The notes under the pieces are model-generated. The model saw only the letters and a program-made list of their open reading frames with translations, was not told the DNA's origin and searched no databases. Shown piece by piece: positions 1 to 9,182 of a stretch of 60,268 nt of DNA. The DNA lies in IMG/VR virus record IMGVR_UViG_3300044501_000024, positions 1 to 60,268 of that record. The stretch is one strand, 5' to 3'. Origin of the DNA: a virus (lineage: Duplodnaviria; Caudoviricetes). The number at the start of each line of letters is the position of its first letter. The first letter of the stretch is position 1. A program made the translations under genes and the position numbers.

Positions 1-127
1 TACAGGAGGCATCCACCTGTTCGGGGCGAACAGCCAGATATACTTCAACGGTACGGCTACGAGCAAGCTCGCCCCGGCGTTAGCCCCGGACAGCACGCAG
101 TCCCTTGGCTTCTACTACGACCAGAGC
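1..127. repeat. Terminal direct repeat copy 1 (circular assembly overlap)
   Basis: Bases 1-127 are identical to 60142-60268, and an ORF reads through the junction. Unique genome length is 60141 bp. Confidence 0.97.
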
Positions 128-589
128 TTTTCGACATGGGGAATGAGCGGCGGGGCGAGGAATGACCGAGTGGTCGCCGGCATCACGAACCCGACACTGG
201 TCGAGGGAGCCGCGACCGGGATGTTCGACATCCGGGTGGGGGATGCCACCGGCTGCGCGGGAGAGGCCACCTACAGCGTGTGGGCCACGGATGGGACCGA
301 CCACCAGATCCGTGGCGGGTCAGTCAAGTTCGCCGTGGTCAACAAGGCCAACGCAGAGACCTGCACGCTGAGCGCTTCGGACCAGACCAACGACGGCTCG
401 ATTCTGGCAGAGTCGGCCGGCGGCAGCACGCTGACCTACAACCTGACGTGTGTCGCTGGGACCAACCAGGTCACGTTCAAGATCGAGGCGACGTCATCCT
501 TGACGCAGACGCAGCTCAAGGGCTCGTGGGCGGCATTCGCTAACAGCGGGGCAGCGGCTACCGGCTCGTGTGACTTCGTGGGGTACTAG
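1..589 (+). CDS. 3' part of tail-fibre-like protein that starts at 59384 (joined across the circle, 448 aa)
   Basis: Frame of ORF 143..589 is continuous with the open frame from ATG 59384. Beta-rich C-terminus with four Cys. Confidence 0.8.
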   Translation, partial: TGGIHLFGANSQIYFNGTATSKLAPALAPDSTQSLGFYYDQSFSTWGMSGGARNDRVVAGITNPTLVEGAATGMFDIRVGDATGCAGEATYSVWATDGTDHQIRGGSVKFAVVNKANAETCTLSASDQTNDGSILAESAGGSTLTYNLTCVAGTNQVTFKIEATSSLTQTQLKGSWAAFANSGAAATGSCDFVGY

Positions 590-616
590 ACTTGACGATG
601 GGCCAGGGGGTATGAT
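587..616 (+). promoter_or_regulatory. Candidate sigma70-like promoter TAGACT-N18-TATGAT
   Basis: Intergenic, upstream of 657, with the same 18-bp spacing as other promoters here. Confidence 0.5.
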
Positions 617-656
617 TGGCCCGTAACGCATTGATGGCTCCACACAGGAGGAGACA

Positions 657-1598
657 ATGAGCGGTGATGTGAGTCGGATGTGGGAGCGCGGTACCGACGA
701 CCTGGCCCAGGCCGAGGAGTTCTATCTCGGGATCAGGGCCGAGCGCGGCGGCATCCGGTACTTCGTCGACGCGAACACCGGGCTCGACTCGAACGACGGC
801 CTGAGCTGGGAGAGCGCGCTGCTCACGATGAGCGCGGCCTTCGGCAAGATCAACAGCGGCGACACCATCCGGTTCCGGGGCAAGATCAAGGAGCAGTTGA
901 CCACCCCGGTCCAGAAGTTCGACGTGACGATCATCGGAGAGGGCAACCGGCCGCGTCACGCCGACGCCGAGCCGGTGGGTGGCCCGCTCGCCGCCAACAC
1001 CTGGACGACCCCGGCCGCGCCGGCCGCGACCACCGCGCTGGTCAAGGTGATGCAACAGGGCTGGCGGTTCGTGAACGTGCTGTTCGCCGGGCCCACGGAC
1101 GCCGCGTGCGCCCTGCTGTTCCGCGATGGCGGTGTCGGCAACGCGGAGCGCGACGCGTCGCACGCCGAGTTCATCAACTGTCGGTTCGCGAGCGGCCAGG
1201 ACGGGATCGAGGACTCGGGTGGCTGCGGCCACGTCGGGATCTACGACTCGTACTTCACCGACCTGACGGGCGTCGCGATCAAGCAGACGGTGGGCGCGGG
1301 CATCGGCCAGCCGTACTTCCGGTGGGATGTGCGGGGCAACCGGTTCCAGGACTGTCCGTCGCTGACGACGGCGAAGGCGGCGCAGTTCTTCCGGTTCCTG
1401 GACAACACCGTGTCGTTCGCCGGGGCCCCCACGATCGGCTTCGACTTCACGGGCGGCAAGCAGAACATCATCGTCGGGAACGTGTTCAACGTGCTGGCCG
1501 CGGACTTCGATCCGGCGGGCGGGTTCACGGGGACCGCGACCGACAACTGGAGCAACACGCTGGAGGACGCGATCGAGACGGGGCTGCCCGCCAACTAA
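657..1598 (+). CDS. Right-handed beta-helix (pectin-lyase-like) virion/tailspike protein
   Basis: N-terminal YFVDANTGLDSNDGLSWESALLTM...SGDTI motif followed by Asn/Phe beta-helix-like repeats. Strong GGAGG RBS. Confidence 0.7.
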   Translation: MSGDVSRMWERGTDDLAQAEEFYLGIRAERGGIRYFVDANTGLDSNDGLSWESALLTMSAAFGKINSGDTIRFRGKIKEQLTTPVQKFDVTIIGEGNRPRHADAEPVGGPLAANTWTTPAAPAATTALVKVMQQGWRFVNVLFAGPTDAACALLFRDGGVGNAERDASHAEFINCRFASGQDGIEDSGGCGHVGIYDSYFTDLTGVAIKQTVGAGIGQPYFRWDVRGNRFQDCPSLTTAKAAQFFRFLDNTVSFAGAPTIGFDFTGGKQNIIVGNVFNVLAADFDPAGGFTGTATDNWSNTLEDAIETGLPAN

Positions 1599-1637
1599 GG
1601 CTGAACTCTTGATGGCTCCCTGAGAGGAGGAGACAAG

Positions 1638-2141
1638 ATGGCTCAGTACACGTTCGACTTCATGCGTGGGCTGCTCACGCGGAAGAACGAGAAGGCGCTG
1701 TTCCCGAGGTCGAAGGAGCGGACGCTGACGTCCGCCCAGATCCTGACGCTGTTCACGACGCCGGTCACCGTGATCCCCGGGGTCGCCTTCCACGTGGTCG
1801 TGATCGACAAGATCTGGCTGCGGAAGCCGGCGGGCGTCGCGTACGCCGGGGCCAACGCCTTCCAGCTCCGGTACAAGGACGGAGCGGGCCAGGTGATCGA
1901 GCAGATCGCCAGCGCCTCGTTGCTGAACAGCGTCAGCGAGACGTCGTTCGCGCTCATCGGGATGTTCGACGGGGCGAACGTCTACCGCGAGGTCGACATG
2001 GGGAGCGCCGACATCATCGGGCAGCCGGTGGTCGCCAACATCCCGACGGCCAACCCGACGCTCGGTGATCAGCCGGTCCACATGGTGATCGAGTACAAGC
2101 TGTTCCCGGCGCGCTTCCAGGTGTACCCGCCGGATCGGTAG
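1638..2141 (+). CDS. Putative virion structural protein
   Basis: Strong RBS, beta-rich 167 aa, LTSAQILTLFTTPVTVIP motif, late-region context. Confidence 0.55.
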   Translation: MAQYTFDFMRGLLTRKNEKALFPRSKERTLTSAQILTLFTTPVTVIPGVAFHVVVIDKIWLRKPAGVAYAGANAFQLRYKDGAGQVIEQIASASLLNSVSETSFALIGMFDGANVYREVDMGSADIIGQPVVANIPTANPTLGDQPVHMVIEYKLFPARFQVYPPDR

Positions 2142-2170
2142 ACCGCGGCCGGGCCCGCGAGGAGGATTGA

Positions 2171-3151
2171 ATGAGAAGCGGGGAGTCCGTTACCATGATG
2201 GCGCTGTCCATGGCGCTGGTGCTTCCGGCGGTCCGCTGTGATCAGCCGGGCCCAGCGCCGTCGCCGCCGCCCACGGCCAGCCCCACGGCAGAGCCCACGC
2301 CCAGCCCGAAGCCGACGCCCTGCGTCCCACCGGTCACCGACGATTGGGAGATCCAGCCGGGAACCGGGACGCTGCGGCCGAACGTGAACGTGGCCATAGC
2401 CTCGGTCACCGGCTGCGAGATCAACTCCAACTGCCCGCTACCCGTGTCCATGGGCGTGTTCTTCGACAGCGTGATCGCGAAGCTGCTGGAGGACGGGATG
2501 TGCGCGGGTCTCGCCAAGCCTGGAGAGGACCAGATCATCGTGGGCCGCACGCGCTGCGGCTGGTACGAGGCGTACCACGTGTTCAACACCGGGGGCAACA
2601 AGGTGTCGTGGGCCGGTGGCGGCTACCGCGACGACTGGCGACCGCAGATCTGCGACGAGCCGAGCGCGCCGCCTTCCTCCATCCCCACTCCCATTCCCGC
2701 TCCAACTCCGACGCCGGAGAATCCTCCGGCCAGCCCGGGGGCACCGCTGCCCCCGGGCACCTGCCCTCTGGGTCTGGGATTCGGGAAGGTCGAGCTGCAC
2801 AAGAACAACTCGTTCGCCAACCCCGACGGCAGCCGCGTGTTTGTCGTCGACGTCACGTCGAAGGTCTGCGACCGAGCGTATTGCGACTCAGTGGGCAACC
2901 CCAACCAGTGCTGCTCGCCGGGCGGCGGGGACGGCGGTGACGCGGTGTGCGAGGCCCAGCTGTACGGCGTGGCGGGCGACGGCGTGGCGGGTCCCGAGTT
3001 CCTGGTGACGGGCACTCCGCGGGCCACCGAGCGCCGCGACCTGACGAAGTTCAAGATCACGACCGACCCCGGGTCGGGGCCGGTCACGGTGGTCGCCTGC
3101 GTCCCAAGCCATCCGGCCCTCTGCTCTCCAGCCATCTCGATCCCCTGGTGA
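2171..3151 (+). CDS. Exported Cys-rich protein/lipoprotein with Pro-rich linkers
   Basis: Hydrophobic N-terminus ending AVRC. Two Cys-rich domains separated by PTP-rich linkers. Confidence 0.7.
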   Translation: MRSGESVTMMALSMALVLPAVRCDQPGPAPSPPPTASPTAEPTPSPKPTPCVPPVTDDWEIQPGTGTLRPNVNVAIASVTGCEINSNCPLPVSMGVFFDSVIAKLLEDGMCAGLAKPGEDQIIVGRTRCGWYEAYHVFNTGGNKVSWAGGGYRDDWRPQICDEPSAPPSSIPTPIPAPTPTPENPPASPGAPLPPGTCPLGLGFGKVELHKNNSFANPDGSRVFVVDVTSKVCDRAYCDSVGNPNQCCSPGGGDGGDAVCEAQLYGVAGDGVAGPEFLVTGTPRATERRDLTKFKITTDPGSGPVTVVACVPSHPALCSPAISIPW

Positions 3152-3155
3152 GGGA

Positions 3156-3455
3156 ATGACCAAGATCCTGGTCGTCGCGCCGTCCGTGCTGCTCGGTGCC
3201 GGCCTGAGCCTCGCATACTTCACGGAGTGGGCGACGGCCGCCGCCCTCGGGCTGGTGTCTCTCGGCCTTGGCTTCTGGTTCCGCGAGGTCCACATCAGAA
3301 CCCAGAAGATCCCGGGGCTGCTAGAGGACGTGAAGCAATTCAGGACTCAGATCGTGGCGCTACGCGATGCGTACGTCGAGCACCTCAGGAAGGACGAAGA
3401 GAGTTTCGGAACAATCCTGCGGAAGCTCGACAGCATCGACCAGAAGCTGCGCTGA
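3156..3455 (+). CDS. Holin-like membrane protein
   Basis: Two N-terminal hydrophobic segments plus a charged coiled-coil C-terminus. Confidence 0.5.
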   Translation: MTKILVVAPSVLLGAGLSLAYFTEWATAAALGLVSLGLGFWFREVHIRTQKIPGLLEDVKQFRTQIVALRDAYVEHLRKDEESFGTILRKLDSIDQKLR

Positions 3456-3799
3456 TGCCAGAGGATCGCCAGCGGCGCAGATCCGGAGACCCGAGCCCAG
3501 GGGACTCCCTGTTCAGGAAGCTCAACAAGAACCCGCTGATCGACAAGGCGATCTACGCGCTGGCCACCGTGCTCATCGGGGGTTCAGCCAGCATCGCGAC
3601 GCACGAGGTGGCGGACGCCAACTCGATCGCCAGGCAGGAGCAGAACCGGGCAGAGGTGCTGAAGCTGCAAGCCGAGCTGGGTGATCTTCGAGCCAAGATG
3701 TACGAGCGGGTGCGCAAGGAAGAGGAGGCTCGGGAGGCCATCGAGCGCCATCTGCACGACCGGCTGATCGTGGTCGAGACCAAGATCGGGATGCACTGA
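3455..3799 (+). CDS. Membrane/coiled-coil protein (lysis accessory?)
   Basis: TGATG overlap with the upstream gene. One TM segment followed by a coiled coil. Confidence 0.5.
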   Translation: MPEDRQRRRSGDPSPGDSLFRKLNKNPLIDKAIYALATVLIGGSASIATHEVADANSIARQEQNRAEVLKLQAELGDLRAKMYERVRKEEEAREAIERHLHDRLIVVETKIGMH

Positions 3800-3810
3800 G
3801 GGAGGCGAGA

Positions 3811-4828
3811 ATGAGTGGACCGATGCCACCGATGCCGACAGTGGGGCCGACCGCCGACAACCGGTTGCCGGCGAACGCCAGTCTCCGCGACGCGATCGAC
3901 GCGGTGAAGGAGGACCCCGAGGGCGCCTCGGCGCTGATCGCGGTGTCAAGGAACCCGAAGGGCGCCGGGCTCTTCCAACTGGTGCGGGCCGCGAAGTTCG
4001 CGTGGGCCGTGCTCAAGGCGCTGATCCGCTGATGGCCCGGTACGTGACGCTCTGGGCGTGCGGCAGACAGGGGCCGTTCGTCGAGGCCCCAGACGCCGAG
4101 TCAGCCCAGAGGATCGCGGGGGCCCTGACCAAGGAGCCCAACGGCCGGTGCCGGCTTTCGGTCATCGGGCCGCTGCTGGCCACCGTCGGGTCGCTTGAAG
4201 AGGCGAGCCGGCTGATCGAGCTGCTCAACGCAGAGCCGCACGGGGCGAAGGCGCACTGAGCCATGGCCAGGAAGAAGCGCTACACCAGGTACCAGCTATG
4301 GGCCCAGCGCCACGTGGGCTCGGCGAAGGTCCCGGTGAGGGTCACGTATGGCGGCTGCTTCAGGCTCCGGTACGTGCCGGACTTCAGAGCCCTCTACTGG
4401 ACCCGGGGCCTCGCCGAGTACGACCTGATGAGGGTGCTGAGGACTGGTCTAAAGGCAGAGGTCAGGGTGGTGAGGAGGGCAGCGTGAAGCTCAAGGGCCG
4501 GAGGTGCTCGACGGGCCATGGGACCGGGCTGATCCAGGAGCAGACGCTCTGGAGGCGCCTGTGGCGGCGCGCCGTGGGCGTCGATGGTCGCATGGGCCAG
4601 AGGCCGGTGCGCGTTCGTCTGCGGCTCGGCCTGGAGCGCCAGCCAGCCATGCGAGACCACCGCGGACGCTGCATCCCCCGGAAGACCCAGGCCTACTACC
4701 GGGGCAGTCAGGGGCAGGCCCACCGGTTCCACACGGATCTCAAGGGGTTCTGGGAGCGCGTGATGCTGGCGATGGCCAAGCGGCCACTCGGCCAGCTCTT
4801 CGCGCCGCCGGGCGAGCGAAAGGACTGA
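3811..4828 (+). other. Cluster of small hypothetical genes (3811-4032, 4032-4259, 4263-4487, 4484-4828)
   Basis: Overlapping stop/start junctions and GC3-rich codons. Confidence 0.6.
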
Positions 4829-4839
4829 ACGCTTAGTCC

Positions 4840-5154
4840 ATGGGCCTAAAATCTTGGGTGAGGGGGAAGGTGATGAGCCAGGTACTGGCGTACGTCGTCA
4901 AGCAGATCGCGGAAGGCGCCTACGGCGGGCGGCTGAAGGCAGCCTACTGGTGGCTGGCCGGGAAGAAGACCAAGCTGTCGATCGGCTGCTACGGGGTCTG
5001 GCTGGTGCTGTGGAGCGCCTGCCGCTCGCAACTGCCCCCGGAGCTGGTTCACGTGGCCTGTCAGTGGGAGGTCTACGTGTTCGGCGCGGCCAACACGATG
5101 CTGGCCATCGGGCTGTTCGACGCCGCCGTGCGCCTGGAGCCGCCCAAGAAGTAG
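4840..5154 (+). CDS. Holin-like membrane protein
   Basis: WWLAGKKTKL motif followed by two hydrophobic segments. Confidence 0.5.
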   Translation: MGLKSWVRGKVMSQVLAYVVKQIAEGAYGGRLKAAYWWLAGKKTKLSIGCYGVWLVLWSACRSQLPPELVHVACQWEVYVFGAANTMLAIGLFDAAVRLEPPKK

Positions 5155-5753
5155 GGGAGACGGGGGGTGCATGAAGGCTCGCTACATCCGAACCGGACGT
5201 CCGCGATGTCTACGTCTCCCGTGGCGGTCCCCCCGCCCCATGAACGTACGACACGGCCCGACCAGGCTGGTGTGGAAATGATCTCTCCAGACGTCGGACA
5301 CCGGACCGTGCTTTGCGAGACAGCCCGCGGGTAGCCGGATGTACATCTGGCTCCGAGATCGCGATCTTGAAGACGTGCCACGGGGCGAGGTCCGCCTCGT
5401 GGGCCAGAACGGGCCCGTGGACAGGATCGTGAATCTCCAGGACCCTACGCTGCGCGCAGACCAGTGCGTGGAATGTGGAAAGGCGATGCGACCCGGCGAC
5501 TGGCCCTGGTGCCCTCATGGGCGCGAGGTCGGCTACGGGTTCCGAGGGGACTTCCGGTGACGGCCGCCTACGTCTTCGGGTGGCGAGAGGCGGTAGGGGA
5601 CCTGAGACGGATCCACTTCAACAGACGGTCGAGAGGCTCTCGGCGGTACGCGTACATGTGCGGCACGGCCTGGCTTGCCGAGAACCGTAGGCCTCCTTTC
5701 GACTCAACGGAAGCGGGGTACATCGACGCCTGGCTCTCGGCGATGGGCACGTG

Positions 5754-6530
5754 ATGGCCAAGCGACACAGCAGCCCGCCGCCGCCCATCGAGCTGACGAC
5801 AGAGGAGGCGGGATTCGTCCGGGCGATCGTCGCGGACCCCGAGCGCGTGGTGAGCAAGGCGGCCAGGGCCGTCGGCAAACATCCGAGCTGGGGGTACGCC
5901 GCGATCAAGCGCCGCTGGATCCGTCAGGAGATCGAGAACATCGTGGGCATCGCGTTCAGCAAGGCGATGAAGCGTGACTCGGGGCGTAGGCGGGACTCGG
6001 CCATGGACTACGTGCGGGCGGCGGCGGCCGGCGACCAGACGTTGACCAGGCAGCGGGCCGAGGTGCTCGACATGAGAGGCGAGGCGATCGCCGACGCCTC
6101 CGAGGTCATGCGCACGGTGACCAGCCACCTCCGGGCGTCCATGGGCCCGTTCCTCAAGCGCGGGGTGGATCGCGAGATCCAGTTGGACGTGATGGGCGCC
6201 GTGGAGGGGGACCCGTCGGTGGCCACCTGGATCAAGAGCATCCAGACCGAGACCACTTACGAGGAGCTGGCGGACGAGAACGACGAGGACGACAAGACCA
6301 GACGTCTGCTGCGGCAGAAGGTGAGGCTGGAGATCGTGGACCGGCAGCGGGCGGCGGCCGACATGGCGAGGATCCTCGGGCTGCTCGATGAGCAGAAGCC
6401 GCAAGGCAGCCAGTCTCACCTCTGGCAGCGGGTGCTTGAGCAACTGCCGCCGGACACCGTGAAGCAGATTCACTTGGCGCTGCTCAGGGCGAGCGCACCG
6501 GCCATCGACGTGAAGGCGCAGACGGCATGA
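5754..6530 (+). CDS. Probable terminase small subunit
   Basis: Lies upstream of TerL. Helical N-terminus and C-terminal LEIVDRQRAAADMARILGLL resembling TerS. Confidence 0.6.
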   Translation: MAKRHSSPPPPIELTTEEAGFVRAIVADPERVVSKAARAVGKHPSWGYAAIKRRWIRQEIENIVGIAFSKAMKRDSGRRRDSAMDYVRAAAAGDQTLTRQRAEVLDMRGEAIADASEVMRTVTSHLRASMGPFLKRGVDREIQLDVMGAVEGDPSVATWIKSIQTETTYEELADENDEDDKTRRLLRQKVRLEIVDRQRAAADMARILGLLDEQKPQGSQSHLWQRVLEQLPPDTVKQIHLALLRASAPAIDVKAQTA

Positions 6531-6745
6531 GCGTCGTCTGTACAAAACTGCGAGAAGACGGCTGGCCACTGTGCCCTGGGTGTGGCTCTGACGGGCTGTG
6601 GAGCGCGAAGATCCCGGCCCATCCCGGACATATCGACACCTGCCTTAATTGCGGTTGGAAGCCTCCAGACGCAAGCGCGACCCTATGGGTTGAGATTGAC
6701 GTCAGCGACGTTGACCTTGCAGACGATTCTGGAGAGAAGGAATAG
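6527..6745 (+). CDS. Small zinc-ribbon protein
   Basis: CPGC...CLNC motifs. ATGA overlap with the upstream gene. Confidence 0.55.
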   Translation: MSVVCTKLREDGWPLCPGCGSDGLWSAKIPAHPGHIDTCLNCGWKPPDASATLWVEIDVSDVDLADDSGEKE

Positions 6746-8346
6746 TGAGCACGCCGCTCCCCTCGATCGACCTGCAATCGACCCACGCCCAGGCTGTGCG
6801 CTCCGGGGTCACGATCCTGGAGTTCTTCGACTCCCTGCCCTGGCTGATGGGGGCCGCTGACTGGACGGCGTGGCGTGCGTTCCTCGCGGCGGCCTTCGGC
6901 CTTCAGATGACGCCCAGGGAACTGGGGCTGTTCCAGAAGTACACCGGGCGCCAGAGGCCGCCGAAGAAGCAGGTCAACGAGCTGTGGTCGATCTGCGGTC
7001 GACGCAGCCGAAAGAGCGCGATCGCCGCGGTGATCGGCGTCTACCTCTCCTCGTATCGCGATTACCGGAAGCATCTGGCGCCAGGCGAACGAGCCAGAGC
7101 GCTGATCTTGTCGAAGGACAAGGACGATGCCGGGCAGATCCACAACTTCGCGTCGGCCATCCTCCACCAGAACCTACCTCACCTGCTGGAGGACGAGCCG
7201 ACGCAGGAAGACATCCTGCTCAAGAACCAAACCGAGATGAAGATCCGGGCGTTCTCGCTGACCGCGGGGCGCACCAGGGCGATCATCGTTGGGCTGCTCG
7301 ACGAGGTTGCGTTCTTCCCGACCGAGGACTCGGCGACCCCGGACATCGACGTGATCCGCGGCATCCGGCCGGCGCTCGCCAACATCCCCGGGTCCATGCT
7401 CTGCGGGTTCAGCAGCCCGTTCGGCAAGCAGGGGATCCTCTTCGACCGCTACGAGCAGTACTACGGAGTGGACTCGGACGACGTCCTGGTGTGGAAGGCC
7501 CCGACCTTGGCGATGCACGACACGCCGGCCATCCGTCTGTTCGTGGCCAAGGAGTACGAGACGGACGCGACGTCGGCCGAGGCCGAGGTGGGAGCCGAGT
7601 TCCGTGCCGTGTCCAAGGACTTCGTGAGCCTAGAGGTGATCCGCGAGTGCACCGACAAAGGTGTGCTGGAGCGGAAGCCGGACGTCGTTCTCGCCAACCG
7701 TGCCTGCCACACATATCACGGGTTCGTCGACGTCAGCGGCGGCAGCTCGGACTCGTTCGCCGTGGCCGTCGCCCACTGGGACTTTGAGAGCGACGCTGCG
7801 GTGCTCGATGCTCTCCGGGAGTGGAAGCCGGATGCGAAGGTCGGAAGGTTCAGCCCGAAGGCCGCGGTCAAGGACGTTTGCGATCAGCTCAAGAGGTACC
7901 GAATCGGGTTCGTGGTCGGCGATCACTACGCTGGCGAATGGCCGAGGGAACGGTTCCGTGAGAATGACATCGGGTACCACGTGTCGGAGCGCGACAAGAG
8001 CCAGATCTACCGGGACAGCCTGCCGCTGCTGAACACGCCCCAGTGCCGGCTGCTGGACAACGCGGAACTCGCAGCGCAGCTCAAGTCGCTGGTCCGCAAG
8101 ATCACGCCACGGGGTCAGGAGGTGATCACCCACCGGAAGGGCGCGCACGACGACGTGGCGAACGCCGCGTGCGGTGCCCTCGTCCTGGCCTACGACTGGG
8201 GGAAGAACGCCCCGCGTCGGTCGGGCCCCGAGCGGTACAAGGACACCAACGAGTACTTCGAGCGTGAGATAATCGGGCCCGCGGAGCGCGAGCTGGAAGA
8301 GGAGCAGGACTCGTTGCGCGACGGTGGATCGGGGTGGCGCGAATGA
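6745..8346 (+). CDS. terL: Terminase large subunit
   Basis: Walker A-like GRRSRKS, Walker B LLDEVAF, coupling motif FSSP, and RNase H-like nuclease motifs FVDVSGG and HDDVANA. Confidence 0.93.
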   Translation: MSTPLPSIDLQSTHAQAVRSGVTILEFFDSLPWLMGAADWTAWRAFLAAAFGLQMTPRELGLFQKYTGRQRPPKKQVNELWSICGRRSRKSAIAAVIGVYLSSYRDYRKHLAPGERARALILSKDKDDAGQIHNFASAILHQNLPHLLEDEPTQEDILLKNQTEMKIRAFSLTAGRTRAIIVGLLDEVAFFPTEDSATPDIDVIRGIRPALANIPGSMLCGFSSPFGKQGILFDRYEQYYGVDSDDVLVWKAPTLAMHDTPAIRLFVAKEYETDATSAEAEVGAEFRAVSKDFVSLEVIRECTDKGVLERKPDVVLANRACHTYHGFVDVSGGSSDSFAVAVAHWDFESDAAVLDALREWKPDAKVGRFSPKAAVKDVCDQLKRYRIGFVVGDHYAGEWPRERFRENDIGYHVSERDKSQIYRDSLPLLNTPQCRLLDNAELAAQLKSLVRKITPRGQEVITHRKGAHDDVANAACGALVLAYDWGKNAPRRSGPERYKDTNEYFEREIIGPAERELEEEQDSLRDGGSGWRE

Positions 8347-8597
8347 GGCGAGAGTCGATCACACTCTTGATCAGGGAGGAGCGGCAGATCGGTGAGGCGC
8401 TCTGCGGCGGCGACTCGGCCATCAAGGTGAGTTTGGTGCGTGGGGATCGCGCGTATTACCGGTGGGGGGTGAAATCCGCAGCCGAGATCGAGTGGGGCTG
8501 CGAAGCGAAGAACGTTAGGCTGTCCTCGGGCCAGTGTCGAGATCTCGCAGAGACGCTCAACGAGTTGGCCGACGTCTTGGATAGGAGCGAGCAGTGA
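8343..8597 (+). CDS. Hypothetical protein
   Basis: ATGA overlap with the terL stop. Confidence 0.5.
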   Translation: MRRESITLLIREERQIGEALCGGDSAIKVSLVRGDRAYYRWGVKSAAEIEWGCEAKNVRLSSGQCRDLAETLNELADVLDRSEQ

Positions 8598-9178
8598 AGC
8601 GAAAGCCGAAGGCCCAAGATTCTCCACCGAGGGGCCCCTATTCCCCGCCGGAGGGATCCTATCCGGGTGAGTTCAGGGGCGTGCCTCCCAAGAAGGCTGA
8701 GGAACTTGGGACGTGCGTTCGTTCAGGGAAGACCCTGAATCTACCGGAGGATTTCGGAGGGAGGCCAGATCCAGATCTTGTTCGGCTACTCCGTGAACAG
8801 GTCGAGTTCCTGAAGCAGGAGCTGAAGGCGTCTCGCGAATCGGAGCGCGAGATGCGCCGGGAGCTGCTGGCCGCGCTCAGGCCATGGATGCCGCCGCGCG
8901 TCGAGGGCCATTCGGTGAATGGCCGGGGCCGGATCGAAGACGAGACCATCGACGGCCCCGTCGGCCACCAGCCGCCGTGGATGCAGGAGTTGTACGCGAG
9001 CGGCGCCATGATCCCGCCCGAGGAGACGCTGAACGAAGAGGAGCTGGCGATTCTACGGGGTGCCGAGGAGCGCGATGCGGCGCTGACCATCGAGGACAAC
9101 GCCAGGTCCGAGGGCTACACCGGAATCCCGTTGACAGAGCATCCGGAACCTGAGAAGGTTCCACCCGAGCGGGAGTGA
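8594..9178 (+). CDS. Hypothetical coiled-coil protein
   Basis: Between terL and portal. LVRLLREQVEFLKQEL coiled coil. Confidence 0.6.
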   Translation: MKRKPKAQDSPPRGPYSPPEGSYPGEFRGVPPKKAEELGTCVRSGKTLNLPEDFGGRPDPDLVRLLREQVEFLKQELKASRESEREMRRELLAALRPWMPPRVEGHSVNGRGRIEDETIDGPVGHQPPWMQELYASGAMIPPEETLNEEELAILRGAEERDAALTIEDNARSEGYTGIPLTEHPEPEKVPPERE

Positions 9179-9182
9179 ACGA

